64,000 bases of DNA, taken from assembly GCA_963736005.1 (NCBI GenBank), contig CAVTNB010000001.1:1536001-1600000 (forward strand), read 5' to 3'. The stretch comes from an uncultured Pseudomonadota bacterium. GTDB lineage: Bacteria; Vulcanimicrobiota; Vulcanimicrobiia; Eremiobacterales; Eremiobacteraceae. Below, piece by piece: positions 1-10,987 of the stretch (position 1 is the first letter of the stretch; each line of letters starts with the position of its first letter). A model generated the notes under the pieces. That model was not told the origin of the DNA. It made no database searches and saw only the letters and a program-made list of their open reading frames with translations. Position numbers and translations under genes: made by a program.

Positions 1-2
1 CC

Positions 3-116
3 GCCGGAAGCGGCTCCCCGACGCTTGAGGCAGCGATGGACCGAGCGCGCGACGAGACTGAAGTGATCGAGCACCTCAGCGATCGCATCGTCGCCGATCT
101 CACGGGGAACGCGTAA
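3..116 (+). CDS. 3' end of a CDS entering from the left edge (product unknown)
   Basis: Open frame AGSGSPTLEAAMDRARDETEVIEHLSDRIVADLTGNA* ending TAA at 114-116, followed by a REP. Confidence 0.5.
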   Translation, partial: AGSGSPTLEAAMDRARDETEVIEHLSDRIVADLTGNA

Positions 117-125
117 GACGCGTGC

Positions 126-150
126 GTCGCGAATAAATTCGCGACACTAC
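126..150 (-). repeat. GTAG-type REP palindrome, family A (GTAG-NN-CGCGAATTYATTCGCG)
   Basis: gtcgcgaataaattcgcgacactac; related copies at 2896, 2931, 4693, 18046, 21385, 34381-34460, 35230. Confidence 0.85.
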
Positions 151-184
151 ATTATAGGAGAGGCTGCATGATTCTTGAAGCGTC

Positions 185-814
185 ATGATGGCGATGATTG
201 TATCGTGTCATCGGCGACGACGTTCGTTTCGCACAACGTTTTATGCACGTGCGCTTGTTCTTCTGTGGATTGTGCTGGTTCCGACCGCTAGCCCGGTAGT
301 CGCCGACCAGCAAAGCCCACCACCAGTTTCACCCAACCCCGTTACCATCAACATGACGCATCGTGCTTTCCATCCGAATGCCGTGCACGTGCTCGCGGGA
401 TCCAAGGTCATCTGGGAAAATGACGATACGCAAGATCTTATCATGTTGCCGCGCAGCGATGCCGGCTCTGTCATCGTTCGGGTCGTTGTCGACGCGCAAG
501 GTCAGGTGCAGGATGCGCGTCTCGCGCAGTCTTCAGGCAGTCACGCCATCGACGACGCTGTGCTAAAGTCCGCAAAGGAGAAGACCTTTCCGCCGGCAGA
601 TCCTGGAAAGCCAGGCATCCGCGCCTACTTGATCGCGTTTAGCTACGGTTCGCCCGACGCCGCCGCATCTGCATCGCCGCCGCCTTTCGGTGAGGTGACC
701 ATCAAGCCGGGCGGAACGTTTTCCTATACGTTTACGGCACCCGGCGAGTATTATTTCTATTCGGCATCCGATGCGGATGTTGGTGTCACAGTTTTCGTGA
801 CTGCAGGAGAGTAG
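185..814 (+). CDS. Secreted cupredoxin-like protein with an inserted TonB C-terminal-like domain
   Basis: Signal peptide; cupredoxin-like F-x-P..V..G..V.W.N and PGGTFSYTFTAPGEYYF flank a TonB_C-like segment (GSVIVRVVVDAQGQV..SSGSHAIDDAVL..FPP). Confidence 0.65.
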   Translation: MMAMIVSCHRRRRSFRTTFYARALVLLWIVLVPTASPVVADQQSPPPVSPNPVTINMTHRAFHPNAVHVLAGSKVIWENDDTQDLIMLPRSDAGSVIVRVVVDAQGQVQDARLAQSSGSHAIDDAVLKSAKEKTFPPADPGKPGIRAYLIAFSYGSPDAAASASPPPFGEVTIKPGGTFSYTFTAPGEYYFYSASDADVGVTVFVTAGE

Positions 815-1383
815 CCCCCGGATCTTTGGTTGGTAAGCTTTTTCCAGACCTCATCCGGCATGAGCCGCGGCACACGGCGTGGATAGTTGCCCTCAGGGTG
901 CTCAGCAGCCCAAGCTTTCGATCGCGCTGCTAAGAATTCGAAATTTTCGTACATGGCGCTCTGCCCACTCGCAGCTCTGCGGATTGCAACTACCTCTTGT
1001 AGTTGGTCCCACATCGAATCGATATACCAGCCGCCGAGATCGAGGTATTGTTGCTCCGCGATCATGCCATACTTGATATACGACCCCATTTGCTCACACC
1101 AGTCAGCTACTCGAAGTTCCGGATGCTCCCTGCGATCGGGGTTGTGATGCCACAAACCCTCTCGATAGTCGGGATCGTGTAGCTTCGCTTTGAGTTGGCT
1201 CTCAACGAACCCGCTTGCCGATTGGACAGCATCGCTCTCCCAGCGCGCGATGTAGTGGAGTAGTCCAGTGAGCTGGTTGGCGGAGCGGATGTGACGCAGT
1301 TGGACGAGCGCCGCGATCGCCGTGATCCCGATGACCAGAAATGTCGCGACCGATGAGATCGCGCCGATTGTCTCAGCCGTCAT
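757..1383 (-). CDS. Hypothetical N-terminally membrane-anchored protein (DUF4760-like); paralog of 43963-44514
   Basis: MTAETIGAISSVATFLVIGITAIAALVQLRH..ENFEFL..HP.G.YP shared with the second copy; start placed at ATG 1383. Confidence 0.7.
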   Translation of the reverse strand: MTAETIGAISSVATFLVIGITAIAALVQLRHIRSANQLTGLLHYIARWESDAVQSASGFVESQLKAKLHDPDYREGLWHHNPDRREHPELRVADWCEQMGSYIKYGMIAEQQYLDLGGWYIDSMWDQLQEVVAIRRAASGQSAMYENFEFLAARSKAWAAEHPEGNYPRRVPRLMPDEVWKKLTNQRSGGYSPAVTKTVTPTSASDAE

Positions 1384-1394
1384 TTCGTCACCGG

Positions 1395-2879
1395 CTACAC
1401 GCCGAAGAGGTTGATCGATTTCGTGCCCGTGTACATCACGACGCCTTTCGTCTCCGTGTAGAGGTCGAGCGTCTGCATCGCCAGTTCGCGACCAAAACCC
1501 GATTGCTTGTAGCCGCCGAAGGGCACGCCAGGGAAGATAGAGATCGGCGTGTTGATGCCGACGCCGCCGGAACGAAGGGAAGCGGCAACCCGCTGCGCTC
1601 GCGACCCATCTTTGGTCCACACTGACGCCGCCAGCCCATAGATCGAATCGTTGGCGATGGCCACAGCCTCTTTTTCATCCTTGAACGTCGTGACGACGGC
1701 GACCGGTCCAAAGATTTCTTCTTGCGCGACGCGCATTGAGTTGTTGACTCGGTCGAGCACGGCCGGCGTGAGGAAGTTGCCCTTTGCGAGCGGGCCGTCG
1801 GGCCGAGTGCCCCCGCAGGAGAGTTGCGCGCCTTCTTGCTGGCCGATCCCGATGTAACCTTCGATCTTCTCGAGCTGGCGTTTGGAGATGATTGCGCCGA
1901 CATGCTGCGCTGGATCTAGTGGATCTCCGACTTTCAGCGCCTTGGTTTTGTTCACAAACTTCGAGACGAATTCGTCGCGCACCGATTCGTGGACAAGGAT
2001 GCGGGAGCGTGCGTCGCACGACTGCCCTGCGTTGTAGAAGATCGCATGCACCGCACCCGCCGCGGCTGCTTCGAGGTCCGCGTCTTCGAAGACGATGTTC
2101 GGCGATTTTCCGCCCAGCTCCAACGTGACGCGCTTGATGGTGGATGCTGCAATTTCCATAATCGTGCGGCCAGTCGCGGTTTCGCCAGTGAAGGCGATTT
2201 TGTCAATGCCCGGATGACCGGCGAGATGTGCGCCGATGACCGCACCTGGTCCAGGCAGCACGTTGAGAACGCCAGCCGGGCATCCCGCTTCCACTGCGAT
2301 CTGCCCGAGGGCAAGCGCCGTAAGCGGCGTCGGCGAAGCCGGCTTGAGGATGACCGTGCATCCAGCCGCAAGCGCCGGCGCCACCTTCCAGGCTGCCATC
2401 AGCAGCGGGTAGTTCCAAGGAATAATTTGCGCGCAAACACCTACCGGCTCTTTGAGGGTGTAGTTAAAAAAATTCGGCGGCGCCGGAATCGTGTTGCCCA
2501 TGATTTTTGTGACTGCGCCGGCGTAGAATTCGAAGTCCTCGACGACTTGGTTGATTTCGGCTTTCGACCCGGATATCGTTTTGCCGCTGTTGCGCGTCTC
2601 GAGTTCGGCCAGCGAATCGATCCGCTCGGCGATGAGCGAGGCCATCTTCTGCAATATGCGCGCGCGGCGTGCCGGGGTGAGCGTCGCCCACTTACCCTGC
2701 AGCGCTTGGCGCGCAGCGTTAACGGCGAGGTCTGCGTCGTGAATGCCCGCTGCGGCAACGGATGCAATGACCTCGTTCGTTGCTGGGTTGAGCACGTCCA
2801 TATATTCGCCGGATGCCGGCTTGGTTGGCTCGCCGTTGATGAAGAGCTCGTAGGTCTGTTTTACGGTTGTGGTGGTCAT
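1395..2879 (-). CDS. Aldehyde dehydrogenase
   Basis: IIPWNYP, FTGETATG, LELGGKSP, catalytic Cys in AGQSC, EEIFGP motifs. Confidence 0.95.
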   Translation of the reverse strand: MTTTTVKQTYELFINGEPTKPASGEYMDVLNPATNEVIASVAAAGIHDADLAVNAARQALQGKWATLTPARRARILQKMASLIAERIDSLAELETRNSGKTISGSKAEINQVVEDFEFYAGAVTKIMGNTIPAPPNFFNYTLKEPVGVCAQIIPWNYPLLMAAWKVAPALAAGCTVILKPASPTPLTALALGQIAVEAGCPAGVLNVLPGPGAVIGAHLAGHPGIDKIAFTGETATGRTIMEIAASTIKRVTLELGGKSPNIVFEDADLEAAAAGAVHAIFYNAGQSCDARSRILVHESVRDEFVSKFVNKTKALKVGDPLDPAQHVGAIISKRQLEKIEGYIGIGQQEGAQLSCGGTRPDGPLAKGNFLTPAVLDRVNNSMRVAQEEIFGPVAVVTTFKDEKEAVAIANDSIYGLAASVWTKDGSRAQRVAASLRSGGVGINTPISIFPGVPFGGYKQSGFGRELAMQTLDLYTETKGVVMYTGTKSINLFGV

Positions 2880-2890
2880 GAGGCTCCTCT

Positions 2891-2959
2891 GATAACGCGC
2901 GAATTGAATTCGCGCGACTACATTTGATAACGCGCGAATGAATTCGCGCGACTACATTT
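2891..2959 (-). repeat. Tandem direct duplication of a family A REP unit
   Basis: gataacgcgcgaat(t)gaattcgcgcgactacattt twice between the thiolase and ALDH genes. Confidence 0.9.
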
Positions 2960-4163
2960 ACAAACGTTCGACGATGGTGGAGATTCCTTGGCCCACGCCG
3001 ATGCACATGGTCGCCAGCCCGCGCTTCGCTCCCCGCGACTCCATGGCGTGCAGCAGCGTCACCATGATCCGCGCGCCGCTGCACCCCAAAGGGTGACCAA
3101 GCGCAATCGCGCCGCCGTTAATGTTCGTGCGCTCCATGGAAATCTCGAGCTCTCGGATGCAGGCCAGCGATTGTGCGGCGAAAGCCTCGTTGAGTTCGAT
3201 GACGTCGATGTCATCGATGCTCAGGTTGGCACGATCGAGTGCCTTCAGCGTCGCTGGGATTGGGCCGAGTCCCATAAAGTTGGGATCGACGCCGGCAACC
3301 GCAGACGTGAGGATGCGCGCCATAATTCTCAGGCCTCGGCGTTTGGCTTCCTCAGCTGACATCATCACGATTCCGGCCGCTCCATCGTTGATGCCGCTGG
3401 AATTGCCTGCGGTCACCGTACCGCCTTCGCGGAAGGCGGGTTTGAGTTTTGCAAGTTGCTCCATGGTGACGTCGGGCCGTGGAGGCTCGTCTTTGATGAA
3501 GACCTGCGATGCAGTCGCCTTGCCATTGCCCGGCACGGTCACGCCGATGAGCTCGCGATCGAAAGCGCCGGATTGTTGCGCGGACCCTGTCTTGTGCTGA
3601 CTGGCGTAGGCAAATTCGTCTTGTTCTTTGCGCGTGATGCGGTAGCGTTCGGCCACGTTTTCTGCGGTTTCGCCCATACTCAGTGGCGGATAGCCTCGCG
3701 CCGTGAGTTTGGGATTGTACATTCGCGCGCCGAGCGTCGTATCGAAAATCTGAGGCGCGCGGGCGAATTCTGTTTCCGGCTTGGGGATCACGTAGGGAGA
3801 CCGTGTCATGCTTTCAACGCCACCCGCAATGAAGATGTCACCGCAGTCGCTGGCGATGGCGTGGGATGCGCTATTGATTGCTTGCAATCCTGAACCGCAC
3901 AAACGATTGAGCGTCGCGCCGGCAACTGATTCTGGAAAATCTGCAGCAAGCAACGCCATGCGAGCCACATTGCGGTTGTCCTCACCCGCTTGATTGGTGC
4001 ATCCCCACATGACGTCTTCGACATCGGCGGGGTCGAGCTTCGCGCGCTCGACCAAAGCTTTGAGGACGACTGCCGACAGGTCGTCCGGCCGCACGGAGCG
4101 CAAGGCACCAGCATACTTGCCGATGGGCGTTCGCGCCGCGGCGACGATGACTACTTCTCTCAT
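2958..4163 (-). CDS. Acetyl-CoA C-acyltransferase (thiolase, PcaF/PaaJ-like)
   Basis: NRLCGSG, NEAFA, GGAIALGHPLG, CIGVGQG motifs; NQAGEDNRNVARM is typical of the PcaF/PaaJ group. Confidence 0.93.
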   Translation of the reverse strand: MREVVIVAAARTPIGKYAGALRSVRPDDLSAVVLKALVERAKLDPADVEDVMWGCTNQAGEDNRNVARMALLAADFPESVAGATLNRLCGSGLQAINSASHAIASDCGDIFIAGGVESMTRSPYVIPKPETEFARAPQIFDTTLGARMYNPKLTARGYPPLSMGETAENVAERYRITRKEQDEFAYASQHKTGSAQQSGAFDRELIGVTVPGNGKATASQVFIKDEPPRPDVTMEQLAKLKPAFREGGTVTAGNSSGINDGAAGIVMMSAEEAKRRGLRIMARILTSAVAGVDPNFMGLGPIPATLKALDRANLSIDDIDVIELNEAFAAQSLACIRELEISMERTNINGGAIALGHPLGCSGARIMVTLLHAMESRGAKRGLATMCIGVGQGISTIVERL

Positions 4164-4180
4164 GATGTGAGGACAATTTC

Positions 4181-4702
4181 GTGGTTACAGTTCTGAGCAC
4201 CCGCCGCGTCTACGAAGGCCACGTTCTCAATCTGCGCGTCGATGACGTGCGCTACGACAATGGTCACCGCTCGCAGGTCGAAGTTGTAGAACATCGAGGT
4301 GGAGTCGCAATCATTGCGCAGCCTTCGGTGGACACGATTGTCCTGGTTCGCCAATACCGGCCGGCAATCAGCCGCGAAATGTGGGAGGTTCCCGCGGGAA
4401 AAATCGAAGCCGGTGAGGATCCTATGGACTGCGCCACGCGAGAGTTAATCGAGGAAACTGGCTATCGCGCGTCGCGACTGCGCAAACTGTGGACCTTTTT
4501 TACCGCACCGGGCTTTTGCACCGAGCTGATGCATTTGTTTGTCGCCGAGGGACTCACCCCGGGCGCCCAGAGCTTGCAGGAAGACGAGTCGATCGAAGTA
4601 CGAACTTTTGAGGTCGCCGAGGCGTGGCGGCTAGTTGCGGCAGACGAGCTGCCGGATGCAAAGACGCAAATTGCGTTAGCGTGGGCAAGAATGCGCGAAT
4701 GA
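4181..4702 (+). CDS. NUDIX hydrolase (ADP-ribose pyrophosphatase-like)
   Basis: Nudix box GKIEAGEDPMDCATRELIEETGY; DAKT motif. Confidence 0.9.
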   Translation: MVTVLSTRRVYEGHVLNLRVDDVRYDNGHRSQVEVVEHRGGVAIIAQPSVDTIVLVRQYRPAISREMWEVPAGKIEAGEDPMDCATRELIEETGYRASRLRKLWTFFTAPGFCTELMHLFVAEGLTPGAQSLQEDESIEVRTFEVAEAWRLVAADELPDAKTQIALAWARMRE

Positions 4703-4716
4703 ATTCGCGCGACTGC
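4693..4716 (-). repeat. Family A REP overlapping the NUDIX stop codon
   Basis: gcgcgaatgaattcgcgcgactgc. Confidence 0.8.
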
Positions 4717-4718
4717 CT

Positions 4719-5249
4719 TTAGCGGTTGGCGCGGACTCGCTTATCGCACGTCTCACAAAAATATGTGAGCTTGGCGTCCGTATCGTAGATCGAATGACTG
4801 TAATACATCGCGCAGCGAGAATTATAGCAGTGTTTCAATCCAAAGGCGTGGCCGAGCGCATGGACGCATTCTTTGAGCGTTCGATTGAAGAGCGTGCCGT
4901 CGTTGGCGGCTTCGCCATAGAACTCTGGTTTGAGCCGGAACGTCGATACCACGGCCACTCGATCGGTCTCGCTCGCATCGCTGAAGATAAAATTGTGGGA
5001 GGTCTTGTAGAGGTCGCTGCCCATCATGCCAAGCAACAGACCATCACGCGCAGGATATGCTGCAAGCAGCCGGTTGAAGACGGTATTGAGAAAGAACTGC
5101 CGGCGGATGGAGTTTGCTTGGGTGGGTGAGAGGGTGAGCGGCTTTTCGACTGCGAATTTATGGAAGAATCGCTCTTCCAAGCAAGGAGCAAGTCGTTCGC
5201 AAAGATCTGGTCCGACGCCGTTGATGGGGACGAGAGTTATTTTTTCCAT
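4719..5249 (-). CDS. Archaemetzincin (peptidase M54)-like protein, HEXXH Glu replaced
   Basis: KECVHALGHAFGLKHC..C.M..S....D.K...FC..C zinc/Cys pattern. Confidence 0.8.
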   Translation of the reverse strand: MEKITLVPINGVGPDLCERLAPCLEERFFHKFAVEKPLTLSPTQANSIRRQFFLNTVFNRLLAAYPARDGLLLGMMGSDLYKTSHNFIFSDASETDRVAVVSTFRLKPEFYGEAANDGTLFNRTLKECVHALGHAFGLKHCYNSRCAMYYSHSIYDTDAKLTYFCETCDKRVRANR

Positions 5250-5324
5250 GCTCCGATACATCACCCTTCAACTTGCTCGATGCAAGTCCTCCGATGGTGA
5301 CGCACGTCCGAGAGGAGATGAACG

Positions 5325-5738
5325 ATGATCATTGGTCTCGGCACTGACGTCGCAGAAGTGGATCGCTTTCGATTCACGCCGTCGCAGTTCGAAAAGTTTT
5401 CCACCAAAGTTTTTACGCCTGAAGAAGTGACACACGCACGCAAGCACCGCTATCCTCACGAGCGGCTGGCGGGGGCATTCGCCGCGAAAGAAGCGACCAG
5501 GAAGGCCTTTGGTCACGCCATTCCGTGGCGCCTCATCGGGGTGCGTCACGAGCGCAGCGGTAAGCCATACGTGGAATTGAGCGGACGGGCGGCTGGCTTA
5601 ATTGCGGCGCGTGGCGTGCGGCGGATGCACGTCACCATTTCCCACAGCCGGCAAAATGCCGTTGCGACGGTCATCTTAGAAGCGGACGATGCGGCAGCTG
5701 GTTTGTCCGTGGACTTTGAGGAAGCTGCAGCTCGATGA
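5325..5738 (+). CDS. acpS: Holo-[acyl-carrier-protein] synthase
   Basis: IIGLGTDVAEV, FAAKEA, GKP, VTISHS motifs. Confidence 0.92.
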   Translation: MIIGLGTDVAEVDRFRFTPSQFEKFSTKVFTPEEVTHARKHRYPHERLAGAFAAKEATRKAFGHAIPWRLIGVRHERSGKPYVELSGRAAGLIAARGVRRMHVTISHSRQNAVATVILEADDAAAGLSVDFEEAAAR

Positions 5739-7306
5739 ACGCTCTGACCGCCGCCGAAATGCGCACGGCCGACATGCGCACGATCGAAGACGTGGGTATC
5801 CCACCCATCGTGCTCATGGAAACCGCCGGCCGAGCGGTGGCCGATCTGGCGCGCGATTTTCTGACCGATCTCGAAGGAGATCCTATTCGCGTCGCCATCG
5901 TCGCGGGTTCTGGGAACAACGGAGCGGATGCGCTCGTTGCCGCCCGCTATCTCATGCAGCTCGGTTACGAGCCGGACATTTACATGGCTGCCAAAGGCGC
6001 CGACTGCAACGAATTGTGCCGCGCGCAATTGGAGATGATGCAGGGGTTGGGAGCGTCGGTAAGCTTCTTGCGCGAGCAGTCACCCGAATTCTTTCGGTCG
6101 GGCCTTCGCGCGGCAAGCCTCATCGTCGACGGCTTGCTCGGCACCGGATCTTCCGGCGTCCTGAACGAGCCCTACCGCACCTGGGTGAACGAGATCAATA
6201 TTGCGAGTCGTGAAGTCATTGCGGTCGATATTCCAACGGGCATCGACCCGAGCTCGGGCATGGTACCGGGACCTGCGGTAACGGCGACGGCGACGGTCAC
6301 CATGGCGGCCCCTAAAGTTGGGATGCTTTTGTATCCAGCCGCGTCTTACGTTGGGGAGCTATGGGTTGCCCAAATCGGTATCCCTCCCGCAATTTTGGCA
6401 GATGTCGGCGGCCGCTACCACGTCATGACCAAGCAACAGTTCTTCTTTTGGTTACCAAGACGCAGCCGCCAAGCCGACAAGCGAAGCGCCGGAGAGGTTG
6501 TCGTGATTGGCGGCAGCCGCCAATACATCGGCGCTCCACTGCTGTGCGCGCTTGGTGCTTTGCATGCGGGCGCCGGATACGTGACCATTGCCTGTCCGCC
6601 GTCGGCGGCACAGGCAATCTCGAATCACGCTCTCGAGCAGATTGTTGCTCCGTGGCCAGAGTCAGATGACGTTGGCACAATCGTCAACGCGCTCTTGGAT
6701 TCCACGCGTCACGCGGGAGCGGTGGCGATTGGACCTGGCTTGGGCAGAGATGCGCAGACGCAAGAGATCGTACGCCGTTTTCTGAGCCAGAGCACGCGTC
6801 CGCTGGTCGTTGACGCAGACGCGCTCTTCGCGCTGTCGGACCATACCTCGCTGATCACCGGCAAGAAAGCCGTGCTGACCCCGCACGACGGCGAGTTCGC
6901 GCGGTTGCTCGGCGAAAACGCCGACGCCGCGATCGTGAATCGCATGAAGGCGGCAGATGATTTTGCCTCGGCGCTTGACATCACGCTCTTGCTCAAGGGG
7001 CCGCGTTCGATTGTCGCGACAAAGGAAGCGTCATACGTGAATATCACCGGCAACGAGCTGCTTGCCACCGCCGGATCTGGTGACGTTCTCTCTGGCATCA
7101 TCGGCGCAGTGCTGGCTGCCGGGTGCAGCCCGCGTCAGTCCGCGGCGATCGGCGCGTATTGGCATGGGGTCACTGCGGAGTATCTTGCCAGCCAACATAA
7201 GCAAAGCATCGTCGCCGGAGACGTCGCGAAAAATTTGCAAGACGCGTTGCATTGGCTGGACGAGCGCGAAGAGGAAGACGACGGGTACCTCACCCGCATC
7301 GTGTAG
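5735..7306 (+). CDS. nnr: Bifunctional NAD(P)H-hydrate epimerase/dehydratase (YjeF)
   Basis: LMETAG, GSGNNG, DIPTG, GPGLG, VDADAL, LTPHDGE, TAGSGDVL. Confidence 0.92.
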   Translation: MNALTAAEMRTADMRTIEDVGIPPIVLMETAGRAVADLARDFLTDLEGDPIRVAIVAGSGNNGADALVAARYLMQLGYEPDIYMAAKGADCNELCRAQLEMMQGLGASVSFLREQSPEFFRSGLRAASLIVDGLLGTGSSGVLNEPYRTWVNEINIASREVIAVDIPTGIDPSSGMVPGPAVTATATVTMAAPKVGMLLYPAASYVGELWVAQIGIPPAILADVGGRYHVMTKQQFFFWLPRRSRQADKRSAGEVVVIGGSRQYIGAPLLCALGALHAGAGYVTIACPPSAAQAISNHALEQIVAPWPESDDVGTIVNALLDSTRHAGAVAIGPGLGRDAQTQEIVRRFLSQSTRPLVVDADALFALSDHTSLITGKKAVLTPHDGEFARLLGENADAAIVNRMKAADDFASALDITLLLKGPRSIVATKEASYVNITGNELLATAGSGDVLSGIIGAVLAAGCSPRQSAAIGAYWHGVTAEYLASQHKQSIVAGDVAKNLQDALHWLDEREEEDDGYLTRIV

Positions 7307-7314
7307 CGCGCGCT

Positions 7315-7560
7315 CTACCGTTTGTTATCCTTGCGGGTGTGGACATATTGCCAAAGCACGTGCTGGATGAGATTTCCGCGAGTGCGGTGCTCGGCTTGCG
7401 CTGCGCGATCGAGCGCCTCCAACAAGGGTGCCGAGGCGCGGAAGGCGACGGGCTGAGTCAGCGCCTTTCTTACGATCGTGGCGCGGCCGATCTCGTTTGA
7501 CCTGTCGCGCTCCAATTCGTTGATCATTTGCCGTCTGGTCTTCCGTGCGACTGCAGACAT
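7315..7560 (-). CDS. Small ribbon-helix-helix (CopG-like) DNA-binding protein
   Basis: PVAFRASAPLLEALDRAAQAEHRTRGNLIQHVLWQYV fits the RHH pattern; AT-rich upstream region. Confidence 0.65.
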   Translation of the reverse strand: MSAVARKTRRQMINELERDRSNEIGRATIVRKALTQPVAFRASAPLLEALDRAAQAEHRTRGNLIQHVLWQYVHTRKDNKR

Positions 7561-7688
7561 GCAATCCTAGCCTTTCCTGAATGTAGAGCGGTTCGCGGAT
7601 CTGCACACACGTTACATACTACTACAATATGTATAGTTTGTAAACATACAATAACAAAGATGTGAACCGGCCATTTCCGACCAGCAAC

Positions 7689-9783
<2,095 letters not shown>

Positions 9784-9800
9784 AAATACCAAAGGACGTC

Positions 9801-10157
9801 TTAGGCGGGGTGGGCGTCTTCGCGTTCCCACTTGCGAACGAGATACGCGATCAGATCGGACGTGATCTCGCTGATGCGCACGAAAGAGATGCCGATACCG
9901 CGTGCGTCATTGCGGACAACCGTGCCGTAGACAGAAATTGGCTTGGCTTCGCCGACGAGATCCAATTCAATGGTCAGTAAGTCGTTTGTGTCCACGTCAG
10001 CGTTGGTTCGAAGGAGCACGCCGCCGCCGCCAATATTGACGATTTCGGCTGGATAGCGGTCGTCTGTACGCTCTCGCCGGATATGCACGGGCAGGATTTT
10101 TTGAATGCGCGCATGCTTGCGTCGCTCAATCGTTTGGCCGTCATTTCCGTTGTGCAT
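9801..10157 (-). CDS. PilZ-domain protein (putative c-di-GMP binding)
   Basis: ERRKHAR (RxxxR) and NIGGGG (D/NxSxxG-like) motifs; GTVVR..GIGISF. Confidence 0.8.
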   Translation of the reverse strand: MHNGNDGQTIERRKHARIQKILPVHIRRERTDDRYPAEIVNIGGGGVLLRTNADVDTNDLLTIELDLVGEAKPISVYGTVVRNDARGIGISFVRISEITSDLIAYLVRKWEREDAHPA

Positions 10158-10184
10158 GACATGCCCTTCGTTCTGCGAACGCGC

Positions 10185-10898
10185 CTAGTTGTCCGGGCTG
10201 TTACCCCAAAGCTTGACATCGCCAATGTGGTTCGCCCAATACCACATGCGACTCACGCCCCACGCTATATGATTCCACAAATAGAGCTCGGCGGCCCGGC
10301 CTTGCGGAAAGATCGCGACCACGATGAGGATGACCACCAAATAGAACGAGACGCCAAGCGAATTCCAAAACTTTGTTGAGTTGGATGCCCTCGATGTTCC
10401 TCGCAGCGGCGCCGGCTCAAAATACTGACGGCGTTCGGTCTGCTCTTTGACGGCTTGATAGTCGACTGGCGGCAAATACGAGGCAGAGTTCGCCGCGCGA
10501 AATGATGGCTGCGGGGCAAACGTTTGGACTGGTGGCGGCGCCGCAGAGGCAGTATCTTCAGTGTGGCGCCCCAAAAGGCGATCGATCTTCTGCTTTGCGT
10601 CGTCGCTGAGCTCCAGGAAATCGGCGACCACTTCGTACCCTGCCCCCTCGCCGAGGCTTTGCTGGGTCCGCACTTTGATGAGGCCCCGTGCTGTGGCCTT
10701 GATGCTACGCATGTCGAGCGTCGTGAAGAGAATTGTGTTCTCCCTCACTTCGCTCGGGAACGTGGCGATGAGGCCGTGTGAGTCCAGGCGAGCCGCTTTG
10801 CCGGTCAAGTTCACGCCGAGTTCGGCGTTTCGGACCGTGATATCGATGGGAAGAGGCAACGCAGCGGGGAGTTCGCCGGTACCTATCGCGTCGGGCAT
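10185..10898 (-). CDS. Hypothetical protein: PilZ-like N-terminus, C-terminal transmembrane helix
   Basis: Beta-rich N-terminal domain ending ADFLELSDDAKQKIDRLL; hydrophobic FYLVVILIVVAIF. Confidence 0.55.
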   Translation of the reverse strand: MPDAIGTGELPAALPLPIDITVRNAELGVNLTGKAARLDSHGLIATFPSEVRENTILFTTLDMRSIKATARGLIKVRTQQSLGEGAGYEVVADFLELSDDAKQKIDRLLGRHTEDTASAAPPPVQTFAPQPSFRAANSASYLPPVDYQAVKEQTERRQYFEPAPLRGTSRASNSTKFWNSLGVSFYLVVILIVVAIFPQGRAAELYLWNHIAWGVSRMWYWANHIGDVKLWGNSPDN

Positions 10899-10987
10899 AG
10901 ATCCTCTTAATATATGACTACGGTCGCCGGACAGTCCCGATAGAGGCTGCCAAGCATACTAGTCATCGGCTATCTTCAGCCTGGACT

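Noticed and set aside
2891..2959. Direct repeat pair as a possible CRISPR
   Set aside because: Adjacent duplication with no spacer; matches the REP family
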